From Vulcanimicrobiota bacterium (GTDB lineage: Bacteria > Vulcanimicrobiota > Vulcanimicrobiia > Eremiobacterales > Eremiobacteraceae), in NCBI GenBank assembly GCA_963805945.1, contig CAWDVP010000006.1, forward strand, positions 128,001-192,000: DNA of 64,000 nt, given 5' to 3'. The position numbers and the translations under genes are program-made. The first letter of the stretch is position 1. Every line of letters begins with the position of its first letter. Of this stretch, positions 50,289 through 61,700 are shown one piece after another. Under the pieces are notes generated by a model. The model was not told the origin of the DNA. It worked only from the letters and a program-made list of their open reading frames with translations, and ran no database searches.

Positions 50289-51113
50289 CTAACCGAGCGC
50301 GGCCGCTTTTGGTCGGCCGCTGTGGCCGAGTTTGGCTGAGATCTCCTGCGCCGCCGCCTCGACGTGTTTGATGATGCGTTCTTTTTGCAGCTGCTGCTGC
50401 CCGAACTTCGGCACCGCCACCGAGATCGCAGCCACCGGACGACCCGAGTAGTTGAAGAGCGGCGCGCCCGCGCAATACAGACCTTCTTCGGTCTCTTCGT
50501 TGTCTTCCGCGTAGCCCTGGCGTCGCACGCGCTCGAGCTCTTGGCGCAGCGCCTCGGGATCGGTGATCGTGTTCTTCGTATAGCGCGCGAGCGGCTTGCT
50601 CGCGATGATGCGGTCGATCTCCGCGCGATCGAGATGCGCGAGCAGCGCCTTGCCGATGCCGGTCGAGTGCATGGGGCGGCGCGCGCCGATGTCGGCATAG
50701 GTCTTGACGGGCCGGCGGCCGTCCACTTTTTCGATGTAGACGAGTTCCGAGTCGTCGAGGACCCCTAGCAGCGCGGTCTCGCCCAGGGCGACCGCCAGCT
50801 GCTCGAGGACAGGTTTGGCCATCGTATGGGCCTCCATGGACCGCAGGATGCCGCAGCCCACCTCGAAGGCCTTGATGCCCAGGGAGTAGCGGGCGTTGTC
50901 GGGGTTCCACTTGACGAAGCCCCGGGCCCGGAGGGTCTGGAGGATGCGGTGGACGCTGCTTTTAGACAGCCCGATCGCCTGGCCGAGCTCCCGGACGCCG
51001 ACTTCCTTGCTCTGCGTGCCCAGGTACTCCAAAATCACCAGCGCGCGATCGACGGAGTTGACCTTCGATTCACCGCGCGGTTTCGCGGCAGCCGCTTCAC
51101 CGGAAGAAATCAC
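50289..51113 (-). CDS. IclR family transcriptional regulator
   Basis: SVDRAL HTH; STGIGKALLA; GYAEDNEE. Confidence 0.95.
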   Translation of the reverse strand: MISSGEAAAAKPRGESKVNSVDRALVILEYLGTQSKEVGVRELGQAIGLSKSSVHRILQTLRARGFVKWNPDNARYSLGIKAFEVGCGILRSMEAHTMAKPVLEQLAVALGETALLGVLDDSELVYIEKVDGRRPVKTYADIGARRPMHSTGIGKALLAHLDRAEIDRIIASKPLARYTKNTITDPEALRQELERVRRQGYAEDNEETEEGLYCAGAPLFNYSGRPVAAISVAVPKFGQQQLQKERIIKHVEAAAQEISAKLGHSGRPKAAALG

Positions 51114-51306
51114 CGAACTCTCCTCCACGCGCTTCCAAAATCGCCGCCTCTCCCCGCGCGAAACGCGCCGTCTGAGAGAGCGCAAAACACCGGCCGTAGT
51201 AGTCGGCCGATGTTCATATGGGACACTTCGTAACGGGACGGCTCTTGGCTCACAGCCCGGCCGGTTCCTGTCTGCGAAACGCTTGCCGTGCCTGGCTTCG
51301 AGCGTC

Positions 51307-51648
51307 CTAGGTATGGACGAGGGTGAAATTCGCCGGTGTCTGCTGGCCGACCGCGATGTGCACTTGCTGTGACGCGCTGGTGTAGTTAGCGGCCGACGCG
51401 GTGATGGTCTCGTTGACGCCGGTGGGATCCGAGGGCACGGTCGTGATCTTATACGACCCGTCGGCGGCCGTGGTGACGCACTCGACGACGAAGATGCACA
51501 CCGATGCGCCGGCGATCGGTCCGCTGCTCGACGAGACGACGCCTGCGACGGAACCGTAATCGCCCTGCGGCGCATTCTGCCCTGGGCATCCTGCGAGCGT
51601 TAACGCCGCTCCGATCGTCGAGATGATGACAAGTGCCTTGGCGCGCAT
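51307..51648 (-). CDS. lipoprotein with a carboxypeptidase-regulatory-like domain
   Basis: Lipobox LAGC; PIAGASV..TTAADGSY. Confidence 0.8.
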   Translation of the reverse strand: MRAKALVIISTIGAALTLAGCPGQNAPQGDYGSVAGVVSSSSGPIAGASVCIFVVECVTTAADGSYKITTVPSDPTGVNETITASAANYTSASQQVHIAVGQQTPANFTLVHT

Positions 51649-51715
51649 GTGTCGACCGTAGCCTCCGAATGCAGAGCCGCTGTCTTCCGGTTTCGACGTC
51701 CCGTTTCCGCCCCTC

Positions 51716-52567
51716 TTAGGCGGCGAAGATGCGCCGCCCCACCAGCACCGCGACCACGATACCGGCCACGAACACCCCGAGCACGCCGAGGAGTGCTGCC
51801 AGGCCCGAGTGGCCGGTCGCCTTGCCGCCGCAGACGGCTTGGACGGCCTTGCCGAGGTCGAGATCGAAGCGCGCCAGCCCGCTCGAGGGCATGCCGTCCA
51901 CGTGGCGCGCGGCCGCGACCGCCTGCGCTTGCGTCCAGGTGACGTCGTCGATGAGGTAGCCGATGCGCCCATCGGGGCCGACGATGACGATGCGCTCGCT
52001 GTGCAGCAGTTCGCCATTGCGGCCCTGGATCACCGAGATGCCCAGCGGCTTGGCAAATGATTCGAGCAGCGCCGGCGCACCGGTGAGGATGTGCCAATTC
52101 GGCGCATGCACGCCGTGCGCGCGGGCGAAGTTCGCGATCGCTTCGGGCGTATCGCGCGCCGGATCGATGCTGATCTCGAGCAGCGCGAAGCGATCGCTCG
52201 GCAGCGCGGACGCCAACGCGGCGAATTTGCTCGTGAGGATCGGGCACTCGTCGGCGCAGTTCGTGTAGATGAAGCCGACGATCACGGTCTTGCCACGAAG
52301 ATCGGCGATGCGCAGCGGCCGGCCGCGCTCGTCGGTGTAGGTCGCGTCCGGCAGGACGTCTCCGACGGCTAGCGGCCGGACGGTCGCATCGAAGGGGTTC
52401 GCTTGAGCCGGGGCAGATGGAGCGGTCGAATTGATTCGACCGCCCGCCTGGGCGGGCACGCCCGCGAGGCACGCAAGGGCCAGCCCGCAAAGGGCGGCGA
52501 ACCGGCCGATTCTGATGGACAGGCCGGACGTCTTGACCCCTGCGGAGCGGCGCGCGATCATCATCAT
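51716..52567 (-). CDS. SCO family copper chaperone (start uncertain)
   Basis: FIYTNCADECP, ISIDPARD, WHILTG, HS. Confidence 0.9.
   Translation of the reverse strand: MMMIARRSAGVKTSGLSIRIGRFAALCGLALACLAGVPAQAGGRINSTAPSAPAQANPFDATVRPLAVGDVLPDATYTDERGRPLRIADLRGKTVIVGFIYTNCADECPILTSKFAALASALPSDRFALLEISIDPARDTPEAIANFARAHGVHAPNWHILTGAPALLESFAKPLGISVIQGRNGELLHSERIVIVGPDGRIGYLIDDVTWTQAQAVAAARHVDGMPSSGLARFDLDLGKAVQAVCGGKATGHSGLAALLGVLGVFVAGIVVAVLVGRRIFAA
52417..52447 (+). repeat. REP family A copy inside the SCO gene
   Basis: atggagcggtcgaattgattcgaccgcccgc; 30/31 identical to 6741-6771. Confidence 0.9.
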
Positions 52568-53120
52568 GCGGCCGTGGCGGCCGCACGAGCGGGCGGTCGT
52601 GTGGCGCGGCGCGAGCGGCCGCTTCGTCGTCGCGCTCGAACCGGCGGCGATCGCGTTGTGCTTCGGTCTTTTCACCGTGGCCATCGCTTCTGTCTCACAC
52701 ACTCCGGCGCATCAGGGCTACGTCTACTTCGCTTGGCTCTTCGGCTTCGGCGCCGCCGCCTTCACCCTGTATGCCGTCGCACTGCTCGTCAATCCGATCC
52801 GCGCCCTGCTGCAGACCGCCCAGCCGATCTTCATCGTCGACGGCTATCTGCGCACGCGCGTGCCGGACGACCGCTCGGCGCTCGACAGCAGCGGCTACAT
52901 CGCCGTCGTGCTCGAGGATGGCCGCGTGGCGTGCGAATGGCCGGCGATCGGGCACGCACGTCTTCCGGATGAGCGCTATCCGGCCTTTATGGAGTTCAGC
53001 GAGTTCGGCGGGATCCACAGCGTTGACGGTCGCAGCACGGGCGTGCTGCCGGATGACTTCCCCGCGCTCGGGGTCGGCGGTGCGCAGCCGCCGAAGCGCG
53101 GCGGCTACAGATTGCCCTGA
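52515..53120 (+). CDS. membrane hypothetical protein
   Basis: Two TMs plus a globular C-terminus; host-like codon usage. Confidence 0.7.
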   Translation: MDRPDVLTPAERRAIIIMRPWRPHERAVVWRGASGRFVVALEPAAIALCFGLFTVAIASVSHTPAHQGYVYFAWLFGFGAAAFTLYAVALLVNPIRALLQTAQPIFIVDGYLRTRVPDDRSALDSSGYIAVVLEDGRVACEWPAIGHARLPDERYPAFMEFSEFGGIHSVDGRSTGVLPDDFPALGVGGAQPPKRGGYRLP

Positions 53121-53302
53121 AGGTCCACCAACGGCGTGTCCTTGGCCGGCCAGTAGTGGTTGTCGCCGGCTTGCTGCACCGTGATGCCACCCATGAACAC
53201 GATGAGCACTAGGCCGACGAAGAACAGCCATAGCACGGGCGCTGGAACGCCGCGGCTCACCGGGATGACATATGCTTTGCTCGGATCCGATGCCATCGCC
53301 AT
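53105..53302 (-). CDS. small single-TM protein in the oxidase operon
   Basis: AGGAG RBS; 65 aa. Confidence 0.65.
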   Translation of the reverse strand: MAMASDPSKAYVIPVSRGVPAPVLWLFFVGLVLIVFMGGITVQQAGDNHYWPAKDTPLVDLQGNL

Positions 53303-53305
53303 CTC

Positions 53306-53503
53306 CTACACTCTGCCCGCGATGCCGAACGCCACGCTCAGCACGAGCACGCAGCCCAAGGTGAGCAGCACCATCATGATCTTCGTCACCTGATCCTCGA
53401 GCGCCGTCTTGTGCCATTCCTCCGTCAACGCTTTGAGCGCGAAGAAGCCCACCACCAGTGCGCCGGCGCCGGCCAAGACTTTCAGGATGATCACCTCGTT
53501 CAT
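53306..53503 (-). CDS. small two-TM protein in the oxidase operon
   Basis: GAGGAG RBS directly after the ctaE stop; 65 aa. Confidence 0.7.
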   Translation of the reverse strand: MNEVIILKVLAGAGALVVGFFALKALTEEWHKTALEDQVTKIMMVLLTLGCVLVLSVAFGIAGRV

Positions 53504-53512
53504 CGGTGCTCC

Positions 53513-54122
53513 TCAGAAGATGTAGAACAAGAAGAACAGCGCGACCCAGATGACGTCGACGAAGTGCCAGTACAGCGTGCCGGCGGTCAGGCCGAAGTAG
53601 CGATCGTCGTAGTAGACGCCGCGGCGGGTCTGCAGCAGCACGGATCGATGAGGAAACACACGCCGACGAAGACGTGGAAGCCGTGCATGCCGGTGAGCGT
53701 GAAGAACGACGCGCCGAAGATGCTGCCTGCCCAGCGTGATCGTGCGAGGTGGGTGTATTCGTAGGCCTGGCCGGAGAGGAAGGTCGAGCCCGAGATGATC
53801 GTCGCGATGATCCATCGGAGTGAAGCGCGGACGATTGCTCGTGCTTCCACGCCTCCATCGCGAGATGCATCGTGACGCCCGAACCGAACAGCACGACCGA
53901 GTTGACGCGCGCGCCAGGAACACATCAGGCACTGCTCGACCGCCCGGCGGCGGCCAGCCCGGCGATCGTGTTGCGCAGATAGAGATAACGCGAAGATGAA
54001 CGGCGAGAACAGGACGAGTCGCTGACGAGGAACAGCACGAAGCCCAGCAGCCGATGCCGCGCGTCTCCTCGTAGAGCGCGTCGTCGTGTCGAGCCGTGAA
54101 CGCGCCTCGTGCTGTGCGCCAT
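53513..54122 (-). CDS. ctaE: cytochrome c oxidase subunit III; many frameshifts
   Basis: Fragments LGFVLFLVS, GQAYEY, FFTLTGMHGFHV, YWHFVDVIW across frames. Confidence 0.85.
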
Positions 54123-54126
54123 GCTC

Positions 54127-55794
<1,668 letters not shown>

Positions 55795-55816
55795 GTGCCC
55801 GTGCGTCCTTCTTCTT

Positions 55817-56884
55817 CTACTTGTGCAGCGATTCGAGGTAGGCGACGAGATCGGCGACATCGGCCGCCGTCAGCTGGTTGACCTGCATGTTCGGCATCGT
55901 GCCCATGTCACCGCTCGCGCCGCTCTCGATGAGCTTCGCGACGTCCTCCGGCGTTGCCGGGTAGCCGTTGACGAGGTTCGGATGATCCGCGTCGTGGAGC
56001 ACGTTGCCGAGCCCGGGGCCGACCTTGCGCTCGCTGAACGGCCCGGCGCTGTGGCAGGCGGTGCATTTGGCCGCGAAGAGCGTGGCGCCGTGCGCGGCGT
56101 CGCCCTTGCTGAGCACGACCGCCGGCACGGTGGTGCTGGCGACCTGGCCCTTCTGCTGGGCGAACCACTTGTCGAAATCCGCCTGCGACTCGACGACCAC
56201 CTTGCCGACCATATTCGAGTGGCCGAGACCGCAGAACTCGGTGCAGATGATGCGATACGTGCCCTTGATGATCGGGGTGAAATGGATGGGCACGATCATG
56301 CCGGGGATCATGTCCTGTTTGACGCGGAATTCCGGCGCCCAGAACGAGTGGATGACGGCCTTTTGGACGTTCGGCTCCGCCGAGGTGAGGTCGATCGTGA
56401 CCTGCTTGCCCACCGGCAGATGCATCTCGTTGAGGACGGAATTCTTGAGCCCCGGATAGCGGAACTCGTAGTAGAAGGTGTGTCCGACGGCTTCTATCGT
56501 CGCGACGCTCGCCGCGCTCGCCAGGTAGTAGCGCGGCAGCACGATATAGCTGATGATGGCCAACACGATCATGAGGATGGTCGGGATGACCGTCCAGCCG
56601 ATCTCCAGCGGCGGGTAGTCGTGGACGTTCGAGCCGACCGCCATGGGATCGTCGCCCTTGCGCGTGTGGTAGCGCCAGGCGAAATAGATGATGTAGCCGT
56701 TGACGTACACGAGGATCGGCACGCCGAAGAACGCCATGAAGCGGAAGATGTAATCGATGTCGAGCGCGGCCGAGGATGCCGCGGGCAGATAGTCGCCGAT
56801 AGGGAAGATCACGACCCCCCACATGAGCAGGCCGCTGATCACGGTCATCAATGCCGTCGCCGCCCAGAACTCATGGTCCAGCAA
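55817..56884 (-). CDS. ctaC: cytochrome c oxidase subunit II fused to cytochrome c (caa3 type)
   Basis: LEIGWT, VIHSFW, CTEFCGLGHSNM CuA motif; C-terminal CTACH and MP. Confidence 0.95.
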   Translation of the reverse strand: MLDHEFWAATALMTVISGLLMWGVVIFPIGDYLPAASSAALDIDYIFRFMAFFGVPILVYVNGYIIYFAWRYHTRKGDDPMAVGSNVHDYPPLEIGWTVIPTILMIVLAIISYIVLPRYYLASAASVATIEAVGHTFYYEFRYPGLKNSVLNEMHLPVGKQVTIDLTSAEPNVQKAVIHSFWAPEFRVKQDMIPGMIVPIHFTPIIKGTYRIICTEFCGLGHSNMVGKVVVESQADFDKWFAQQKGQVASTTVPAVVLSKGDAAHGATLFAAKCTACHSAGPFSERKVGPGLGNVLHDADHPNLVNGYPATPEDVAKLIESGASGDMGTMPNMQVNQLTAADVADLVAYLESLHK

Positions 56885-56990
56885 CGGGGCCGAGCGCGTC
56901 TCTTTCAGTGCATCGTCTCCCGCGGTGCGGTTAGGCGCAGAGGCGGTGGCATCCTCGCTACCGTTTCGGAGTCTGTTGACTTGGTCGCAA

Positions 56991-57075
56991 TGCCGAAGGT
57001 GGGAGTTGAACCCACACGAGGGGTAACCTCGCGCGATTTTGAGTCGCGTGCGTCTGCCAGTTCCGCCACTCCGGC
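56991..57075 (-). tRNA. tRNA-Leu(CAA)
   Basis: GCCGGAGTGGCGGAACTGGCAGACG..CT-CAA-AA; long variable arm. Confidence 0.95.
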
Positions 57076-57088
57076 CTGATGATAGATG

Positions 57089-57104
57089 AGTTCGACCGCT
57101 CCAC
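57089..57104 (-). repeat. REP family A half copy
   Basis: Minus strand gtggagcggtcgaact. Confidence 0.5.
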
Positions 57105-57112
57105 TTCGCATC

Positions 57113-58474
57113 CTAGCCGGCCGCCGCCTCCGCGGGCAGCGCCGCGGCGATGGGGATGCACGCCAGCGCGATCGCGCACGCGACGAGGTACTCGAGCCGG
57201 AAGCCCGCAGCGGCGTCGGCTGCGGCGCGATGCAAGAACGCGGTGACGACCGCGGGCGCCGTGATCGCGCCCGAACTCGCGAACATCGTGAGCAAACCGG
57301 TGGCGGCGCCACGCCGTTGCGTCGGCACGTAGCGATAGACGAGCACGTTGGGCGGCGCGCTCGCCAGGCCCATGCCCAGCCCGCATAGCATCAGCGCGCT
57401 GCGCACGCCCCACAGCTGCGGGCTCAGCCCCAGCACGAGCAAACCCGTCGCCAGCGCGCAGATCCCCGCGATGAGCGTGCCTTTCGCGCCGATGCGGTTG
57501 ACGAGAGGCCCGCCGAGCCCTTGGCCGGCCCCGAGCGGCAATGCGAGGAAGAGCAGTGCCAGGCCGCTCTGCGCGGCGGTCGCGTCGAACTGCGCGATGT
57601 AATACGCTGCGGCATACATCGTCACCGAGAAGATCGGCACGCCGGAGAGAAAGGCGATCGCGTAGGTGAGCGCGGGCCCGCGCTGGCGCAGCAGCGCCGG
57701 ATCGATCAATGGATCTCCGCTGCGCCGCTCCCAGGCTGCCAGCGCGACGACGCAGCCCACCGAGCCGGCAAGCCAGACCGCGGCCAACACGGCGGTCGCG
57801 TTGGCCGCGGCCATGATGCAGCCCGCGAACGCCGCGATCAGCGCGACCGCGATCCCGTCGAAACCGACGCGCTCGCGGCGCGGCCCGTCCGCTGGCAGAC
57901 CGAGCGCGAGCGCAAGCGTGATGACCGCGAGCGGGATATTAATCCAGAAGATGAGATGCCACGGGTACGCGAGGTTGAGATGCAGGCCCGCGTCGACGAG
58001 CAGGCCGCCGAGCACGGAGCCGATGACCGCCGCGAGCGCGAACGCGCCGTAGATCAGCCCGAGCGCCGCGCCCTGCTTGCGTTCGGGGACCTCGTCGCCG
58101 ACGATGGCGGTCGCCGCCGGCTGCACCGCGCCCGCGCCGAGCGACTGCACGATGCGGCCGATGACGAGCACGACGAGCGACGTCGAGAGCGCGCACACGA
58201 GCGAGCCGATGCCGAAGACGACGATGGCGGCGATGAAGATCCGCTTGCGCCCCTTGGCATCGGAGAGCCGTCCGGCGATCGGCTGCGCGATGAGCGAGCC
58301 GGTGGCGTACGCGGCGATCACCCAGCCCAGATCGGCGAGCCCGATGCTCAAGGACGCGGCGATCGCCACCAGCGACGGCCCGATCACCGTCATCTGGAGC
58401 GCCCGCATGAACATGCCGAGGACCAGCGGCGAGAGCGTGCGCGCCGGCCGGTACGCGTGGGCGGCTAGGGTCAC
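57113..58474 (-). CDS. MFS transporter (DHA2-like)
   Basis: GRLSDAKGRK motif A, GRIVQSLG, WHLIFWINIP. Confidence 0.9.
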   Translation of the reverse strand: MTLAAHAYRPARTLSPLVLGMFMRALQMTVIGPSLVAIAASLSIGLADLGWVIAAYATGSLIAQPIAGRLSDAKGRKRIFIAAIVVFGIGSLVCALSTSLVVLVIGRIVQSLGAGAVQPAATAIVGDEVPERKQGAALGLIYGAFALAAVIGSVLGGLLVDAGLHLNLAYPWHLIFWINIPLAVITLALALGLPADGPRRERVGFDGIAVALIAAFAGCIMAAANATAVLAAVWLAGSVGCVVALAAWERRSGDPLIDPALLRQRGPALTYAIAFLSGVPIFSVTMYAAAYYIAQFDATAAQSGLALLFLALPLGAGQGLGGPLVNRIGAKGTLIAGICALATGLLVLGLSPQLWGVRSALMLCGLGMGLASAPPNVLVYRYVPTQRRGAATGLLTMFASSGAITAPAVVTAFLHRAAADAAAGFRLEYLVACAIALACIPIAAALPAEAAAG

Positions 58475-59370
58475 ACGCCGGGACCGTGTCCGAGCCGGTC
58501 GATGACCATCGCCGCGAACAGCAGCGCGAGGTAGAGCATGGAGAACTTGTACATCGAGAGCTCGCTCGCGGGAGAGCCGACGCGCACGACGCGCGCGGCG
58601 TAGGCGAGGAACAGCCCGTTGAGCACGAGCGCGCACACAAGGTAGATGATCCCCATGACGTGCAGCGGCGTCAACACGAGCGTCATGGCGACGAGCGCGA
58701 AGCTGTATGCGACGATGTGCCGTTTGGTCACCGCGTCACCGCGCACCACCGGCAGCATCGGCACACCGACCTTCGCATATTCGCCCTTGGTGAGGAGCGA
58801 GAGCGCCCAGAAATGCGGCGGCGTCCACAAGAAGATGATGAGGAACAAGGCGAGCGCGGTCACCCCGAGGTGGCCGGTCACCGCCGCCCAACCGACGAGC
58901 GGGGGCACCGCACCCGCCGCGCCGCCGATGACGATGTTCTGCACGCTCGTGCGCTTCAGCCACAGCGTGTAGACGCCTACATAGAAGAGGATGCCGCACA
59001 GCGCGAGACCCGCGGCGAGCAGGTTCACCATCAGCGCGAGCACCGCGAATGACGCGACGCCCAGCGCCACGCCGAAGAGGAACGCGTGCTCCGGTACGAT
59101 GCGGCCGCTCGGGATCGGCCGTGCCTGCGTCCGCTTCATCACCGCGTCGATGTCGCGGTCGAAGTACATGTTGAGCGCGCCCGATGAGCCGGCGGCGAGC
59201 GCGCCGCCCAGCAGCGTCCAGCACACCAGCGCGAGCGGCGGCAGGCCGCCCTGCGCCACGAACATCGCCATGAGCGTGGTGAACAGCAGCAGCGACATCA
59301 CCTTCGGTTTGGTGAGCGCGAGGTAGTCGAGGACGGTGGCGCCGCCGATCGTGATGTCGAAAGTGCTCAT
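58471..59370 (-). CDS. ctaB: heme o synthase (protoheme IX farnesyltransferase)
   Basis: LTKP, DRDIDAVMKRT..RP, WTPPHFW. Confidence 0.96.
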   Translation of the reverse strand: MSTFDITIGGATVLDYLALTKPKVMSLLLFTTLMAMFVAQGGLPPLALVCWTLLGGALAAGSSGALNMYFDRDIDAVMKRTQARPIPSGRIVPEHAFLFGVALGVASFAVLALMVNLLAAGLALCGILFYVGVYTLWLKRTSVQNIVIGGAAGAVPPLVGWAAVTGHLGVTALALFLIIFLWTPPHFWALSLLTKGEYAKVGVPMLPVVRGDAVTKRHIVAYSFALVAMTLVLTPLHVMGIIYLVCALVLNGLFLAYAARVVRVGSPASELSMYKFSMLYLALLFAAMVIDRLGHGPGV

Positions 59371-60287
59371 GTCGTGTAGGCCGCGTATGCCAGGACGACG
59401 AGCGAGGCGAAGGTGAGCGCGCCGTTGGCTTGGTGCACGGAGCGAAGAATCGGTTCGAGGCCTGAGATCACCGTGGCCACACCCAGCGCCACCTGCGACG
59501 TGCCGAGCACGAGGGAAAGCGTCGCGAGACGCTTCACCTGAGGCCGCCCGGGCCGCTCACGCAGCGCCATGATCGCGGCGGCGACGATGAGCGCGAATGC
59601 GAGATACGCGAACATGCGATGGCCCATGTGGATCTGTTCTGCGATCGTCTGCGGCGGGCCCCAGCCGTAGCACAGCGGGAACTGCGTGCACGCGAGGCCG
59701 GCGTTCGAGGCGCTCATGTAGCCCGCGGCGAGGATGGCGAAAAAGGTGAGGATCGCGGCGGAGACGGCCAGCCGCGCGAAGACCATCATCATCACCGATG
59801 GTCTCTCACCGGCCGCTGGCGACGTGCTGCCGGCAAGCCGCGCGAGATACCACACCATGAGCAGGCTGACGAACGTGAGAATGCCCAGACCGAGATGCGC
59901 GGCGACGCTCGGCGGATTGTTGGCGTACGCGATGGTGAGCGCGCCGACGACGATCTGTGCGGCCAGCAGCCCGAGGCAGAACCACGAGGCGCGCCATGCC
60001 GCAGGCCGTTCGCGCCGCGCCCGCATGGCCGCGATGAACGTCGCCACGATCAGCAGGGTGAGCACGACGGCGCCGTAGCGGTGGGTCCATTCGTAGACGA
60101 CGCTATCGTTGAGCGCAGGGAACCAGACGCCGCGGCAGCGCGGCCAGTCCGGACAGGTCATGCCGGCGCCGTTGATCCGCACGATGCCGCCCCACACCAC
60201 CAGCACGAAGGCGAAGATGGCCGACGCGAGACTGGTGAACCGAAGCACGGTCACTGACGTGGACGCTTGGGGCGGGGCGTTCATCAT
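59367..60287 (-). CDS. ctaA: heme A synthase (COX15/CtaA)
   Basis: GMTCPDWPRC, EWTHR, GLACTQFPLC, HMGHR. Confidence 0.93.
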   Translation of the reverse strand: MMNAPPQASTSVTVLRFTSLASAIFAFVLVVWGGIVRINGAGMTCPDWPRCRGVWFPALNDSVVYEWTHRYGAVVLTLLIVATFIAAMRARRERPAAWRASWFCLGLLAAQIVVGALTIAYANNPPSVAAHLGLGILTFVSLLMVWYLARLAGSTSPAAGERPSVMMMVFARLAVSAAILTFFAILAAGYMSASNAGLACTQFPLCYGWGPPQTIAEQIHMGHRMFAYLAFALIVAAAIMALRERPGRPQVKRLATLSLVLGTSQVALGVATVISGLEPILRSVHQANGALTFASLVVLAYAAYTT

Positions 60288-60329
60288 GCGTCGCTTTGAG
60301 TCGGACGAGGCGCTTTCCCGTCCCCGAAG

Positions 60330-61685
60330 ATGACCTATGTCGCGAGATCATGCCTGCAGGTGCAACGCCGCGTCCGTGGCAACTCGCTCCACGTGTCTTC
60401 CGTGGCGCTCCCCGCCCCGATCCGCTTGAGCGGCGCTATCCGCGTGCCCGGCGACAAGTCGATCTCGCATCGCGCGGTCTTATTGGCGGCGCTCGCGCAT
60501 GGCTCGACGAGCGTGCACGGCTCCAACCGGGGCGAGGATGTGCTCGCGAGCGTCGCCGCGCTGCGCGCGCTCGGTGTCGTCGTCAAAGACGACGGCGCAG
60601 TGGTCACTGTGGAGGGCACCGATCAGTTCCGCGACCCCGCCGCCCATCTCGACTGCGGCAACTCGGGGACGACCATGCGGTTGCTCATGGGGATGCTCGC
60701 CGGCCGCGTCAACGCGACGCTCGACGGCGACGACAGCCTGCGGCGGCGGCCGATGGAACGCGTCGCCGAGCCGCTGCGCGCGATGGGCGCGGACATCGCA
60801 TGCGCGCAGGGCGGTGTGCCGCCAGTGCGCATCAGTCGCACCTCCGCACGGCTCAAGGGGCTCACGCACGAACTCCCTGTGGCATCCTCTCAGTTGAAAT
60901 CCGCGCTCCTGCTCGCAGGTCTGCACGCCGAGGGCGCCACCATGGTGACGAGCCTGCTTCGCAGCCGCGATCACACCGAGTTGATGCTTCAGGCCATGGG
61001 CGCCTCCATAAGACCTGGACCGCAGACGGTGACGATACGGCCCCGCGCACTGCAGGCGCTGGGCACGTATGAGGTCCCTGGCGACATCTCAAGCGCGATG
61101 TACTTCATCGCGGCCGCTTCTCGCGTCCCCGGAAGCCGCATCTCGGTCATCGGCGCCGGCATTAACCCCACGCGCGCCGCCGGGCTGGACATCATGCGTG
61201 ACATGGGCGCGCACATCGGCATCCGCTCGTTGCAAGAGCGCCACGGCGAGCCGTCCGCCGACATCGAGGTCTCGCATTCAGGCTCGCTGGCGAACGTGAC
61301 CATCGACCCCTCGCGCGTCCCCGATTGCATCGATGAGCTGCCGCTGCTGTGCGCGGTCGCAGCCACAGCGGCGGGCACCTTCGTCGTGCGCGGCGCGGCG
61401 GAGCTGCGCGCCAAAGAGTCCGATCGCATCGCGTCCACGATCGCACTGCTGCGCGCCTTCGGCGTCGCGGTGAGCGAGCTGCCCGACGGCATCTCCGTGC
61501 GGGGCGGCAGACCGCTACGGCCGCCGCAGCGCATCGGCACCGGCGGCGATCATCGCATCGGGATGACGGCCGCATTTCTGGCGGCGGCGGCAGGCGCACC
61601 GATCGTCATCGAGGACGCGGAGTGCATCGCGACGTCATATCCCGGTTTTGCCGCAGACTGGCGCGCTGCGTTGGGCGCGGCCTGA
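60330..61685 (+). CDS. aroA: 3-phosphoshikimate 1-carboxyvinyltransferase (true start possibly near 60393)
   Basis: PGDKSISHR, GNSGTTMRL, RDHTE, KESDR, DHRI. Confidence 0.96.
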   Translation: MTYVARSCLQVQRRVRGNSLHVSSVALPAPIRLSGAIRVPGDKSISHRAVLLAALAHGSTSVHGSNRGEDVLASVAALRALGVVVKDDGAVVTVEGTDQFRDPAAHLDCGNSGTTMRLLMGMLAGRVNATLDGDDSLRRRPMERVAEPLRAMGADIACAQGGVPPVRISRTSARLKGLTHELPVASSQLKSALLLAGLHAEGATMVTSLLRSRDHTELMLQAMGASIRPGPQTVTIRPRALQALGTYEVPGDISSAMYFIAAASRVPGSRISVIGAGINPTRAAGLDIMRDMGAHIGIRSLQERHGEPSADIEVSHSGSLANVTIDPSRVPDCIDELPLLCAVAATAAGTFVVRGAAELRAKESDRIASTIALLRAFGVAVSELPDGISVRGGRPLRPPQRIGTGGDHRIGMTAAFLAAAAGAPIVIEDAECIATSYPGFAADWRAALGAA

Positions 61686-61700
61686 CCCCGCGATAGAGCG

